Shown in pieces: positions 25,777 through 38,335 of a stretch of DNA of 64,000 nucleotides (position 1 is its first letter; every line of letters starts with the position of its first letter). Both the position numbers and the translations under genes were made by a program. The stretch spans positions 303,297 through 367,296 of the forward strand of contig NW_015167563.1 of NCBI RefSeq assembly GCF_001447785.1, read 5' to 3'. Source of the DNA: Gekko japonicus (taxonomy: Eukaryota). Below the pieces are notes generated by a model. It saw nothing but the letters and a program-made list of their open reading frames with translations, was not told the DNA's origin and made no database searches.

Positions 25777-28457
25777 CCATGGCAACTCCCCTAGTCTGCG
25801 TGTCAAGTTTTAGAAGATGTTTTGGTATAATGTAAACACAACTGATGGATAAATGTAGTAATTTGAGAATGCAGAAAAGATAAGCTTAGTAAAATAGATA
25901 ATGAATTTAGAAATTTAATAAGCAGAAGGAGTGATAAAAGTCTCTTGCTATATGTTATATGTTGTTGGGGGTAGTTGTGTGTTGTTTGTATGTATGTCTG
26001 TAGTATATAATGGGTACTTAAAAAATACAAGAACCATGAAATTATAACTATGGAAGTTCAATACTTCAATAATTTCTTATTATAATGCATATGTCTCTAT
26101 AACAGTACATATCTTAATCACAATGAACAATTCATTATCACTATCAATAGTCCATTCTAATGATGAATGAAAGTACCTGTAAGTGTTCTTTCCAAGATTA
26201 AAGTCCTTGTGCTGTAGTAAACAGTCCTATGTCCTTTGTTCTTTCAAATCCAGTAATTGTGGGTGATTAATGGAAGTTCTAATGGAGCCTCTGATGGATT
26301 TGTCAACCTTTAGTTCCGTTTCTTCTCAGCTTTCTCAAAGAAGCAACAGAACAAAATCCATACATCAAAATATCTATAACACATAACATAACTACTTGTA
26401 ACCACAATTGCACTTAGCACAGCAATGATATATAAATAATATTTATGCACTTACCATTCAAAGACAGAGAAGCACCACTTTCACAGAAGGAAAGATTTAA
26501 ACTGCCTTCATGACAACATACATTATAATAATCTATAGCAGTGTAAATTAACAACACCTGTGAAGTTCCTTAAACCAATGCTCCTTTAAAGCAACAATCC
26601 CTATAAGGAAATTAACAGAACATAAACCTTCCAATATACAATTATACTCATAAAAAACAGGAATAATCAATATGAGAATGAAGACCAGAAAGGGCCAGTG
26701 CATTTAATATATGTATCCAGAAAGTTTCTTCTTGTAACAATGCCTTGTGTATATTTATGCTCACATCAGGATCACCCTTATATTTATATATGACACAAGT
26801 TTCATGTCATCCATTGTATGACTGAATTCTACAAAATGTTCAGTGAAAGCCGCTTCCATAATTACATTCTTTATGTGGGAACGATGTTCCAAAATTCAAA
26901 CCTTAAGAGGACAGGTAGCACTTCCAACATAATTTTTTTGACATGAGCAGGTCATCACATAGATCACATTTCAGGAATTACAATTACTAAAGAATTTAAA
27001 TGGTATTGAAAACCCCATGCCAAGTGGGGTAAATTCTAATGCCAGGAACATACCAAACATCTATCACATCAATAATGTCCAACAGTCTGAGCTGTCTCCA
27101 GCTCCATGGTTCCTTACACATGCCAGACTGCACTATGAGATCCTTAATATTTCTTGAGCATCTGAAGCCTATAAAAGGTAAGGAATCACACCTTGAGATT
27201 TCACTTAATAAGTGACAATGTTTTAGCACTATTTTTCTAATGGATTTTGAAAAGGGCGTAAAATCAAAGGCACATGTAATTCTGTTATCCTTTGATTTTT
27301 CTGATGTTGTAAATAAGGCTAAATGTGCCACCTTATCTGCCTGATCTCTAGCTTGTTGTATGACTGTGGCAGGGTATCCATGTGATCTAAACTGTCATGA
27401 TTCTACAATCACATAATTTTCTCTTTCAGTTGAATTTCTCTTAATTCTTAGAAATTGGCTATACAGAAGATTTTTCCTAAGGTGTACTGGATGAAATGAT
27501 CTAAAATGTAAATAGGAACTCCTATCAGTGTCAGGGGTTTGGTATACCACCATATCAAGAAACAGAATAAAATACTTGTCAGCTTCCTCAGTGAACTTGA
27601 TATTTTCATTAATACAATTAATCCATTTCAAAAATGGTTCAAAATATTAAAAGTTACTAAGGATCACAAAGAGTTCATCTATATATCTCTTAAAGACTAA
27701 CATATGTTCAAAAAAAGTGTTCCTCTCCTTATGACAGATGACTTCTGTTTCCAAATTAGCCACACGGCAGGGGAGAAAAGATGGCTGAAATGCGGCTAAT
27801 CTGAGCCGCACCAAAGTTGAGATGCCGCGGCGGGATCCCACGGATCCCCCGAGCTGCGGCGCGGCGCTCCCCGGCACGATCAGGTGCCGGGGAGGAAGAG
27901 TCGGATGGGAGGGGGAGTCTGCCGAACTGCGCATGCTCGAGCATGCGCAGTACGGCCAGGGGGCGGGATGCGCCGGCACAAGGACACGCCGGCCGATCCC
28001 ATGGCCCAGCTTGAGGTGCTCTACTGGAAAGAACCACCTAGGTAGTTAGTTCTTTTTTAGTGCGCGTTTTCGGCGGTAGGGACGGATCAGGGACGGGCAG
28101 GCAACGATTCCCAGATGTTGCCGTGGGATCGCGCCCGTTTGCTCCACCCCCGTTCCATCCCCCTCCCGGCCCAAAACGCCTCATATGAACAGGGACAGAG
28201 ATTGGCTACACTGGGTGCAAAAAATTGTCCATGGCAACTCTCCTAGTCTGCGTGTCAAGTTTTAGAAGATGTTTTGGACAAGTGTGCTGATTCTAATCCA
28301 CCTACATTTTTTCTTTTGGAATTAATAGATATTATTTTTGAAAATAATTATTTTAAATTTGAGGAAGATTTTTTTTCCTGCAGACTAGGGGAGTTGCCAT
28401 GGGCAGTTGTTTTGCACCCAGTGTAGCCAATCTCTTTATGGCTAATTTGGAAACAGG
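25777..28457 (-). mobile_element. Penelope-like element (RT plus GIY-YIG remnants) with 5' inversion
   Basis: QTRGVAMGSCFAPSVANLFM (motif B'), FKRYIDE, FLDMVV, YLHFRSFHP...YSQFLRIKRN; GIY-YIG-like VIYVMTCSC...YVG at ~26900-26970. Confidence 0.85.
27762..28196. mobile_element. CpG-rich Harbinger-like MITE nested in the Penelope RT
   Basis: Splits the SVANL/ANLE coding sequence; related to 38336-38700 and 42521-42938. Confidence 0.6.
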
Positions 28458-29619
28458 GAGAGGAACCCTTTTTTCCCTAGAGCTTCCAGACTCTGTGGAT
28501 CTACTACCTCACATACAGAAGAGTCTCGTTTCTCATCTATGAAATGGTGGGTATGTCTCTGCTATTTTGTTTTTGTTTGTTTGTTTTATTTTGTTTTTCT
28601 CTCCCCAACCCATCAGATTATCCAGTGTGGCCCCTTATTCACTGCTGGACAAAGACAGAGGCATAAAAAGTTGCCCCATTCTGTCAGATCTCCTGTTAAA
28701 AGTATACTACCCTCAAATCCTAGTAATTTTCAACAAAGGAAGAGTATTGTGATGTGTGGCACTAGTTGAAATATTTCATCCTTGATAGCAAGTCTCACAG
28801 ATAACTGTGCTCATTTTCTTTTTTCCCTGGCAATTCCTTTTCCTCCCCACTGAAGGACTTGGCAGAACCTGACCCCACCTACATTTGGAATTAGAGTGAT
28901 AAATTGCCGATTAAGAAGGTTTAACTTACCACCTCTCACCCCAGAAAAAGGACCTTCTAATAAATTATACTTACTTTGTAATATTGTTTTTCATTGTTTC
29001 TAGTTTTCATGCCTCCATTTTAATTCCTATACAACCACTGGTAACTCACTAACTACACGACTCAGCCAGGCTCAGCAGGGGCTGCCAGGGGAGGAAAAAA
29101 CGTTGGGTAGGGTATATAGGAGAAAATGAGATCTCCCCTCTCAAGTCCTTTCAGGTCACCTGCTTGTGTATATGTATAATGGTTTCATTCTTCTAATTAG
29201 GTTGACATTTGTTATAAAAGGAGAGACATTCTTCTGTCAATTGTGTCCAGAATGCCTAAACAAAAATAGAATGATAGAAGGTACTTGTTACCAGAAACTT
29301 ACTGGGTTCTTAGAACATTCAGGAAGAGGAGACATTTTCAGGAACTGCTTCATTTACCAGCTGTAGAAAGAACAGTGATGTTTTAACTAAGTAAACAGTA
29401 TCAGAGCAACAGCATGGCTATACTTAGCAGCAAGCAACTTGTAGGTTATTAACACCCTTCATTCCATTGATATATTCATGCTGCCATCTAGCACATACTG
29501 CTACATATCACCGATCATCTAAACTGTTCAAGCAAAGGCAGGTGAGTGCTTTCTGCATCTCAGTGAAGGTGAAGCACTATCGCACACATGCTCTAAGTGC
29601 ATCTCTACCATACCCAAGG

Positions 29620-29743
29620 GAGCTTTCACACATACTGGATAATGTACTTTCAATCCACTTTCAATGAAACAGCAAGATCTACTTGCAAATGACGCCATTG
29701 AAAGTGGACTGAACGTGCATTATTAAGTAAGTGTGAAAGCACC
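29620..29743. mobile_element. Hairpin MITE
   Basis: gctttcacaca...atccactttcaatg / cattgaaagtggac...gtgtgaaagc long imperfect inverted repeat. Confidence 0.6.
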
Positions 29744-31089
29744 TTAATCTGGTTTCATAAGCATTCCTACTCAGAAATGTACAGCAGAAATGTAGGTCAG
29801 GACTTTATATGTAAAAGGGTATTTTTGACACTTTACTAAACTACAATTCATAGTTAAATGAGTATCAAACTTTTACAGGTCTGTAGTTCAGATATACCCT
29901 CACCTGCTGCCTCCAGACCCATAGCCAAGATGTCACACAATAGTTTTTTGTTAACAGCTGGGTAACAAGCACACATTCAGCAAGTGACATTTCTTCCAGT
30001 CAGCCTATCCATGCTGGGAAAAGTTTCATTTGCTTGATCTGCTCCTCCAGCAGCTGTCAAGAGTCACAGGAATTTTGCCAGAAACGTGTTACAACCCTGC
30101 CCTGCAGTGTGCTTTTAAAAAATATTTCTAAAGTATTTTGAATTAATAAAAGAAAGCAGTCCCAGAACTCAGCTTGCCAGTTATCTTCCCCAGAGTCTTC
30201 TCTGTGAATCAATATTTGCATTGTGTCCCATTAATAGAAGTCTCATGGGATGTTGTGTGCCCCCTTTGTGCCATGAAAAGCTTCAACTGCCGATTTCCTT
30301 ATATTAAGTTTTTGTTAAAGGGGCAAGGCATTTTTTCACCAGGTTGTTGGAAAACCCTCCTCCCATCAATATAAGGACATAAGGAACTGCCAGTTTAATG
30401 TATGTGCCTTTAGCCTATTTTAACAGACAGCTTTTCCCAAGAAGATTATCTTCTTGAAGTTTCTATCCAGGCACTAGGTTTCGTATGATATGCCACAAAA
30501 ACTCAGCATCTTAGCCAAAATGCATGTTATTGTATATTAAAAGCATACAGCTACTTTCTATAATAAACTAGACCAGCTGTCAGGCGTTGCTGAAATAGAC
30601 TATCTGGCATTTCTGCTTACGACTCTCCTGACTTCATTGCTGCAGTGCAAGCAGCAAGCCTTTCCTCTCCTGATGATCACACAAGAAATATCTGTAGCTT
30701 ACTTTCTAGCTTGGTTGAACAACAACTCTGCCTTTGAGGTAAGGTGTTTAGATTCATATAGCTTGTCTTTCCTTTATGAAGTCAACTCCTAATTCTCCAT
30801 ACTTTGACAGCTCCTTTTCAGGGTGACTAGATATTGGATAAAGCAAACATTCTTTAGCTATTAACTAACGAACCTCTTAATCAAGTCTTGCTTTTGTTCA
30901 AGATTACTCCTCCATGACTTGAAAGATGTGATTGTCTAAAAACGTATGTCAAGTTGTTCCTAAGTATACTTACTAAAATCTGTTTGGTATCCACATCTTA
31001 TTAGGTTTACCACCAAACCTGGAGAAAAATGTTCTGACCCTTTAAAATAGATTTAATGGGATGTTATTTACCAGGTGGGGAGGGAAGGC

Positions 31090-31270
31090 GGCATGGTATA
31101 GCCTGATCTCATCAGATCTGGAAGCTAAGTGGGGTCGATACCAAGGAAGGCTCTGCAGAGGAAGGCCATGGCCAACCACCTCTGCTTCTCACTTGCCTCG
31201 AAAGCCCCTTGCTGGGGTCACCGTAAGTCAGCTGTGACTTGATAGCGCTTTATACACACACACACAAACA
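31090..31270 (+). mobile_element. 5S rRNA-derived SINE with BovB/Sauria-type tail
   Basis: gcctgatctcatcagatctggaagctaag (5S-like head); ggggtcaccgtaagtcagctgtgacttga tail. Confidence 0.7.
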
Positions 31271-32766
31271 CTTCCAGATGATGTTAATTACTTCCATACC
31301 ATGGAGAGCTTCAGGTACTCATTTCCACACTTGACTTGACGCCTCTATTTCTCCAGGCTTATTGACAACCATACACCCATGTCTTCTGTAATTAACACAT
31401 ATGTAAAATCCACACCATTGATAGAGACTTGTTCTTTAAATGCCCACACTATGAGGTGGCACGTAGAGAGATTATCACTCCACTGATAGGAAAAAACCCT
31501 CAGGTCTGCCAGAAAAAACTAAACCTGAATTTCTTTTAATTGACAAACATCCCAAGATTACTCATCAAGTAGCCAGGTTCTGTAAGGTGATACTTAGGTC
31601 ACGGAAAATGTTTAGTGGTTAGTTGTAAGTGTAACTTTTATGCTAGTCTCGGATGCATTTTACTTGGAAGCATTTTATTTTATATTTTAAAAAATTTATA
31701 TTAGTTTTTAAATTTTCTGGAATGCTTTATCTTTAATACATACATACATACATATATATATATATATATGTAAGCATATCTGGTCTAAGGACTGTAATAG
31801 ACTGTAATTCAACAACCCTCGGCTTTGGCCGTTGGGCCGGGGGACGGTTTTGCCGCCCAGAATAGAGAGGCAGGCCAGCAGTTTGGGTGTGAAGAAGCCC
31901 ATACGGGGATTTGAGGGAGGAGGGGCCAGAGAGAATAAAAGGCTGGCCCCTCCTAGCCTCGTCAGCAGTCCCGGTTAGTTGTCGACGCGGAGGAGCTCGT
32001 CGGCGAGGTCGGGATTTTTAGGGCCTGCCTGCCGGTTGCACGCTGCAGAGCTCCTCTGCAGTCCAACGCATGGTTCTGGTTTGTGCTGGCTGCCCGGCAG
32101 CGTTAGGGGTGTGGCAGCGCAGCGAGCGAGGATCGGTGGAGGCCACTGGGCAGTTGGGCTGCCAAACAAGCATGCGCATCGCAGTGCAGCGGCAGCTCGA
32201 GGCCACGAGGGGTGGCTTGGCGGCGTTGGATCGAATCAAGGTGGCGCCTGTGCGGGGGCCGCCTCGCGACAATGGGTTTGCAGGCCGTTGGCCCAGCGTG
32301 GTATTTGATAGTGGGATGGTGAGGTCGGATGCTGGAAGGCCCTGCTGATTGCTTCGGGGGTGTTGAGGGAGCTTAGGTGTGTTGCGGCCATACACTGGGG
32401 AGCTGGGCAGGACGCCTACCTCAGGTGCTCGTTGAGGCCAGGGTTTTTCTGGCTTGAGCCCCAACCCACCAACCCCCCTCCCGCACGATAGCGAATTCCT
32501 GAGAACTCTGGGTGAGCGTGTTAGGGTTTTGGCTTCTGGGATCTGTGGTTTTTCGGAGGGCACGCAGTGGTTTTCATTTAGTGGCCATCTGGGGAGTGTA
32601 GGGGCCCAGTCATGTGGCACCCGGGGCAGCCATTTTGTGCAATGGGTCCGGGTGGCCATTTTGTCTTGCCAGGTGGTGCGGTTTCACTTTTGTTTTTTGA
32701 GCTTGAAAATTGTGAATAGTAGGATGTGGCCTGCTCTACTGGCAGTGAGTAGCCAGCAGGAACACT

Positions 32767-33980
32767 ATGGCTCCCAAAAAAGGTACCGGTCGGTCAAAAG
32801 GGAAGCAGCCTGCCCCTAAGCCACCTCCAAAGCATCCAGCTCCGGCACCTTCTTCGTCTGATGACGAAGCTTATGGGGTCCAGCAGGCCATCTGGGACCG
32901 TTTGCAGGCAGTGGAGACGGCTGCAGGCTTGTCCACGCCATTATCAAGGCCTGTGGGTGGGGCAACGGGCAGAAAGGAGACGCGTTCTGCTGCCAATAAG
33001 AGATTTCAGGCCGAAGTGTTGACTTGTTTATCTCTTGTAGAAGGGCGTACTGTTGCAGCTGCAGCCAGGGAGGATGGGGCCTCTGGATCTCAGGATGGCA
33101 GAGGCCGTGGCTGGCCCTTCTTCTTTGTTGGCTGGTAAGTGCTGCACACACCACCCAGGATTCAATTGGCCCTGGGGCCGCCTGGCACAGGTAGGTTTGG
33201 TGGCTAATCTCAGCACAATGGCATGCGGTCATGGCTGCGGTGGTTCTGCCCCGCCCAGTGCCTCTCAAGTAGCTTTCAATACAACACCACTGCAGGGCAA
33301 CACCCCTAGTACACCTTGGTGGGGAGGGCCCTCGCCCTGCGGCGTGTCTTATTCACAGGCCCCAGCTGCCACTCTCCCTTTTGGCAACCTGGCCCTACCG
33401 CTGGGTAATCATCCTCTCCCTGCCACCAGAGATAGGATTTGCAGGGGGGAATATGTAGATGTTTTTAGCCTTTTGTACAGGGAACTTGAAAAAAAGGAGA
33501 AGGAGGATCTCGAGGACCGTGATAAAGAGAAGTATAAGAGGATGAAAGTCGATAAAACCTGGGCCAATTGGGTGGCAGGATTTGTAGTATATGCAGGGGT
33601 GCTATCCAAGGCTCAGCCTCCTTGTTTCAGTATTTTGATATTGTTTACAAGGGATACACAGGCTTCACTGGCCCCACCTGGCTCCAGTATGACAAGGAGT
33701 TCAGGATGCTCACTGCTATGAACACTTCGTTAAGATGGGATCAGATCCACCCTCATCTCTGGTTGCAAGTCATGGTGTCCTCTAGACCAAATACTGGGGA
33801 TAGATCCCATAGTGGACATTTGGTGGAGCGTTTGTCTGCCCCATTTAGTCCCTGCCTTCAGGCGGGGCGGGTGGTTCAACACCGCCAGATTTGCTGGGAA
33901 TTTCGGGCCCAGGGAGTGTGTAATCGGAAGGCTTGCCCATATAGGCATGAGTGACCCCTCTGCGCCAGCCCGCACCCCTT
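32767..33980 (+). pseudogene. Ngaro ORF1 (gag-like) with C-terminal Cys/His zinc-finger motifs; frameshifted
   Basis: RICRGEYVDVFSLL; W..W...F..Y; WLQYDKEFR; ICWEFRAQGVCNRKACPYRHE*PLCASPH. Confidence 0.8.
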
Positions 33981-35588
33981 CTCTGCTTGCTTCCGGGGAA
34001 AATCCCGATGGGGGCGACGGCGACCGGAGGGGGGCAGTCCCAGCCAGGCTCCTGGAAAGGGGGCCAACGCCCATACATTTGAAAGTGCTTGAGGGTTTGT
34101 TACGGGGTTATCCTAGGCAAGTGGACAATTTATATTTGTTGAATGGTTTTTCACAGGGTTTCCATATTTCTTTCCAAGGGGTGAGGGCTCCATTTATGGT
34201 GAATAACCTCAAATCTTTATGGGGTTTGGAGCATGAGGTCAAGAAAAAGATTGATAAGGAATTGAGGGAAGGTAGGGTCCTGGGGCCTTTCCCTTCCCCC
34301 CCTTGCCCTAACCTTCAGGTTTCCCCTCTAGGTATTGTGCCCAAGAAAGCACCCAGGGAGTTCAGGCTTATACATCACCTGTCATATCCAAAGGGGGGCT
34401 CTGTTAATGATGCCATCCCGGAGGAATTGTGCTCAGTTAGGTACACGTCATTTGATCAAGCTGTGCACATTGTACACCGCTGTGGCAGGGGTGTTGAAAT
34501 GGCAAAATGCGACATCAAGTCGGCATTTTGCCTCCTACCTGTGCACCCGGATGACTTCGAGCTCCTTGGTTTTTGCTTTGAGGGTCAGTTTTACTTAGAC
34601 AGGGCCTTGCCCATGGGCTGCTCAGTTTCTTGCGCCACTTTCAAGCATTTTAGTTCATTTTTTGAGTGGGGGGTTTGCATGCGCTCGGGTTTAGGCTGGT
34701 TAGTGCATTATTTAGATGATTTTTTGTTTGTAGGCCAACGTGGGTCTGGGCAGTGTGAGCAGTTAATGCATTCCTTTTTTACACCGGCTGATGAGTTAGG
34801 CGTGCCTTTAGTGCACGAGAAGACTGAGGGTCCTGCTCAGGGGCTTACCTTCCTGGGGGTGGAACTAGATTCAGTGGCCCAGACTTCCCAGCTGCCCGCT
34901 AAGAAATTGGAGAAGCTGTGTGGTCGTATTCGGGATTTTTTGGGCAAGCGAAAGGCCACTTTGCGGGAGCTGCAGCAACTGGTGGGTCATCTGAATTTCG
35001 CGTGTAAGGTGGTGGCACCTGGCCGTGCCTTTTTGCACAGGCTGTGTGCGGCAATGGCTGGGCTGTGGCTCCCACACCATAGGGTCCGGATTACGGCTGA
35101 TATCCATCAAGATTTGGAGATGTGGCTGGAGTGTCTTACTTCTTTCAATGGCATTTCCTTTTGGAGGGATGATCTCCGATTGGAGGCGGAACTCCAGGTT
35201 CACTCCGACGCGGCAGGCTCAGTGGGTTTCGGGGTATACTTCTGGGGGCACTGGTGTGCCGAGCCTTGGCCTGTGGACTGACAGCCAACCTGACCTTCCT
35301 GGAATTTTTTCCTATTTTGGCAGCGGTCTACCTGTGGGGGGGGAGTTGGCTAACCACACGGTACATTTTTGGTCCGATAACCTCGCGGTTGTGCAAATCA
35401 TCAATTCCCTTTCATCCAGGTCTTCCCGTGTCATGCAATTGGTCAGGGCCTTTACACTTCGTTGCCTTCAGCTAAACATATTGTTTTTCGCCAGGCACGT
35501 ACCAGGGGTGGACAATGGGGTGGCTGACGCTCTCTCTCGTAAACAGATGGAGAGGTTTCGTCAGCTGGCCCCAGACGCCGACTTGTAA
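33812..35588 (+). pseudogene. Ngaro reverse transcriptase / RNase H
   Basis: FRLIHHLSYP, KCDIKSAF, LPMGCSVS, HYLDDFL; RNase H HSDAAGSVGFG, FWSDN, DNGVADALSR. Confidence 0.92.
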
Positions 35589-35611
35589 CCGGTGCGGATG
35601 CCCACAAGGCT

Positions 35612-36794
35612 GTGGTTGGCTGGAGGGCAGAAGTGCGCAGGGCAATAGGACTAGCCATAGCACCAAACACCAAGGGAGCTTATGACCGTGCAGTCATGCA
35701 GTTTACGGAATTTAGATGGGAGGTAGGGTATCCGGACGCATGGCCCATCCCACTGAACCATCTATTACATTTTTGTGTGGCGGCAAAAGGTAAGGGTATG
35801 GCAGTGAGCTCGATCAGAGGTTTGTTATCTGCATTGGCTTATACTAGCCGGGCGCGCGGATTGGAGGACCAGATCAGGGACTTTCAAACACGTAAGATGT
35901 TGGACGGTTGGGCATGTGAGGCAGGACATCAGGGGGACCCCAGGCAACCCATTTCTCCCAAAGTGCTGCACGGCCTGCAGGCGGTGTGGAGGGATGTTTG
36001 CTCTTCCGNNNNNNNNNNNNNNNNNNNNNNNNNNNNNNNNNNNNNNNNNNNNNNNNNNNNNNNNNNNNNNNNNNNNNNNNNNNNNNNNNNNNNNNNNNNN
36101 NNNNNNNNNNNNNNNNNNNNNNNNNNNNNNNNNNNNNNNNNNNNNNNNNNNNNNNNNNNNNNNNNNNNNNNNNNNNNNNNNNNNNNNNNNNNNNNNNNNN
36201 NNNNNNNNNNNNNNNNNNNNNNNNNNNNNNNNNNNNNNNNNNNNNNNNNNNNNNNNNGATGTTTGCTCTTCCGAGGCTGAGGCCACCCTGTTCCACGCAG
36301 CCGCGCTGGTTGCCTTTTTCGGGGCTTTCCGCATTGGTGAACTGGTTGCTCAAACAAAAAAGGATGATTCTGGCAGGGCGTTATTGTTGCAAGATGTAAA
36401 GCTAGGTGTGCTTAAGGCTTCCATTACACTGCGGCAATCAAAAACTGATCAGCGCCGGCGAGGCATGGTGGTTGAGCTGGGCACTTGCGCGGAGAAGCAG
36501 CTGTGCCCGGTGACAGCTTTAGCCTCCTACCTGGCAGTGAGGGGAGTAGGTGAAGGTCTGCTGTTTCGGCACAGTGATGGCACACCTTTGACAAAACACC
36601 AGTTTTGGTCTATTACAAATAAGGCATTAGCGAGATTGGGGCTAGCAGGAAGGAGATTTTGTAACCATTCTTTTCAGATCAGCGCTGCTTCTGCGGCAGT
36701 GGCTATGGGATACACAGCAGGTAATATCCAGAGGCTGAGGCGATGGCGATCTGGGGCCAACAAGGGCTATGTTTGTCCATTGTTGGGACGCTAG
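35612..36794 (+). pseudogene. Tyrosine recombinase (spans an assembly gap)
   Basis: AFFGAFRIGEL, SKTDQ, LCPV, HSFQI (HxxR altered), RWRS...Y. Confidence 0.9.
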
Positions 36795-36851
36795 TAGCCG
36801 GTCGTCATAGTTCAATTCCAATGCCTCGCTTAACTGTTTTTTCTGTTCTAG

Positions 36852-37410
36852 GTTTGATTGCTTGGCAGGAGAGGAAGATGGTTTTAATCTGCAGGCACAG
36901 TTTTGTTTTTTGGGCGGCTCACCGCGCCAGATGAGCGCCGATTGGCACACAGCTGGGCCTCAGCCAGTGGGCAGATGTTGAGTGGCGTGGGCACCGGGGT
37001 TTGCAGTGGCCGGGCCTTCTGCAGTTGTTGTTCCAGGAAAGGTCGGCCCTCCGCCACAGGTTTTAGTTATCCATTTAGGAGGAAACGATTTGGGCTTAGA
37101 AAAAGGGAAGGCGTTTATCCTGCAAGCCCGTGACGATTTTCAGCTGATCCGCAGGCAATGACCGGATACCCTCATTGTGTGGTTGGCAATCATGCCGCGT
37201 AGAGTCTGGCGTGGAGCTATGAGTCAGTTGGCAATCAACAAGGCATGCTGGAAGGCAAACCGAGAGTTGCAGAGGATTCTTGAGGGCGGTTTGGGCATCT
37301 TTTTGCCCACCCGGCTATCCATGCAGGGCGGGCTGAGCTGTATTGGCAGGACGGGATCCACCTGTCGGAAATGGGCATGGACATCTTCCTGGATGACCTG
37401 CAGCAAGGGC
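36852..37410 (+). pseudogene. SGNH/GDSL hydrolase ORF of the Ngaro element
   Basis: Block I ICRHSFVFW, block II WRGHRG, block III IHLGGNDL (~37066-37092), block V DGIHLS (~37350-37367), across frameshifts. Confidence 0.85.
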
Positions 37411-38335
37411 TTCGGGGGGCCTTGGGCCTCCCGTTGGGTGCGAAGGCCTACAGCAGAGGCTTGGCCTTGGTGGTGGCCGGGTTATAGGCGGTATATAGCT
37501 TGCGGTACGGTGAGCACCAGCCGACACCCATTATTTGGGTTGAAGGAGTCATGTGAGTACAGTCTTTGTGCCTTGTGGCACGGTGGCGGTGAAAACAGAC
37601 TGCCTTTGGGACCACCCCATTTGGGCCCTCCCTTTGAGCCTAGCAGCTCGGGGATTGGGCCTACGGGGTTATCCCGCAATGGTTAGCCGGCCGGGTGCGA
37701 GCCACTGATGTTGGCTACCACCTGGGGCAGGGTGGCTCACCCTAATTCATGAGTTAAAGAGGGGTCATGGACCCCTGGCCTTGACCATACCGCAGAAACT
37801 GTTTTGCCTTTGCCGTTGGTTCCAGAGAAGTTGTAGTTAATAAAGTGGCCCAATGTTTAAATCCAGCAATGTGTCTGCCTCGTTATTCCATCTTAGGGGG
37901 CAAATAAACTGAAACTGAATCCACACCATAGCTGTACTTGTTTTGAGCTAGGTTATCAGATATTTCATATAAACATACAAAGCTGCCTTATTCCTACTAT
38001 GTCTATCTAACAATGCTGGAGTGGATCCTATCCCTGTTCCACTTTGTTTGTTGTTTATTATAATATGAGTGCCCCTTTCCTTTTTGGCTTGGGTCTGAAG
38101 TCTTCCTCCAGATTAAGTGTTTCTTCCATTGGAGGAAGAGCCACTTACACTAGAGGGAAACTCCTTAGGATAGAGGGAGGCTTCTTGGAAGATGGCTGGG
38201 TCCATCCCATCATCAACTGGAAGCAGCTTTCTATGATCTGGGGTTGAGATTTTTCAAGAGACAGGACTATTTTTACTTCAGGCCTTTTGGGCAACCTTAC
38301 CTAGGAGTGGTATTTTCATTAAGTTGGTTAATCAG

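Larger units (their letters stand above)
31807..37905 (+). mobile_element. Ngaro-type tyrosine recombinase retrotransposon, near full length and decayed
   Basis: Gag-like ORF, RT-RNase H, YR and SGNH hydrolase in order; no methyltransferase domain; GC-rich block; AATAAA at ~37838. Confidence 0.9.

Noticed and set aside
26305-26345. Hammerhead in the large Penelope element
   Set aside because: Only a variant TTGAGAA...GAAAC core with no convincing stems
31807-37905. Prophage or integrative element suggested by the tyrosine recombinase
   Set aside because: RT/RNase H, gag-like ORF and vertebrate repeat context identify a YR retrotransposon
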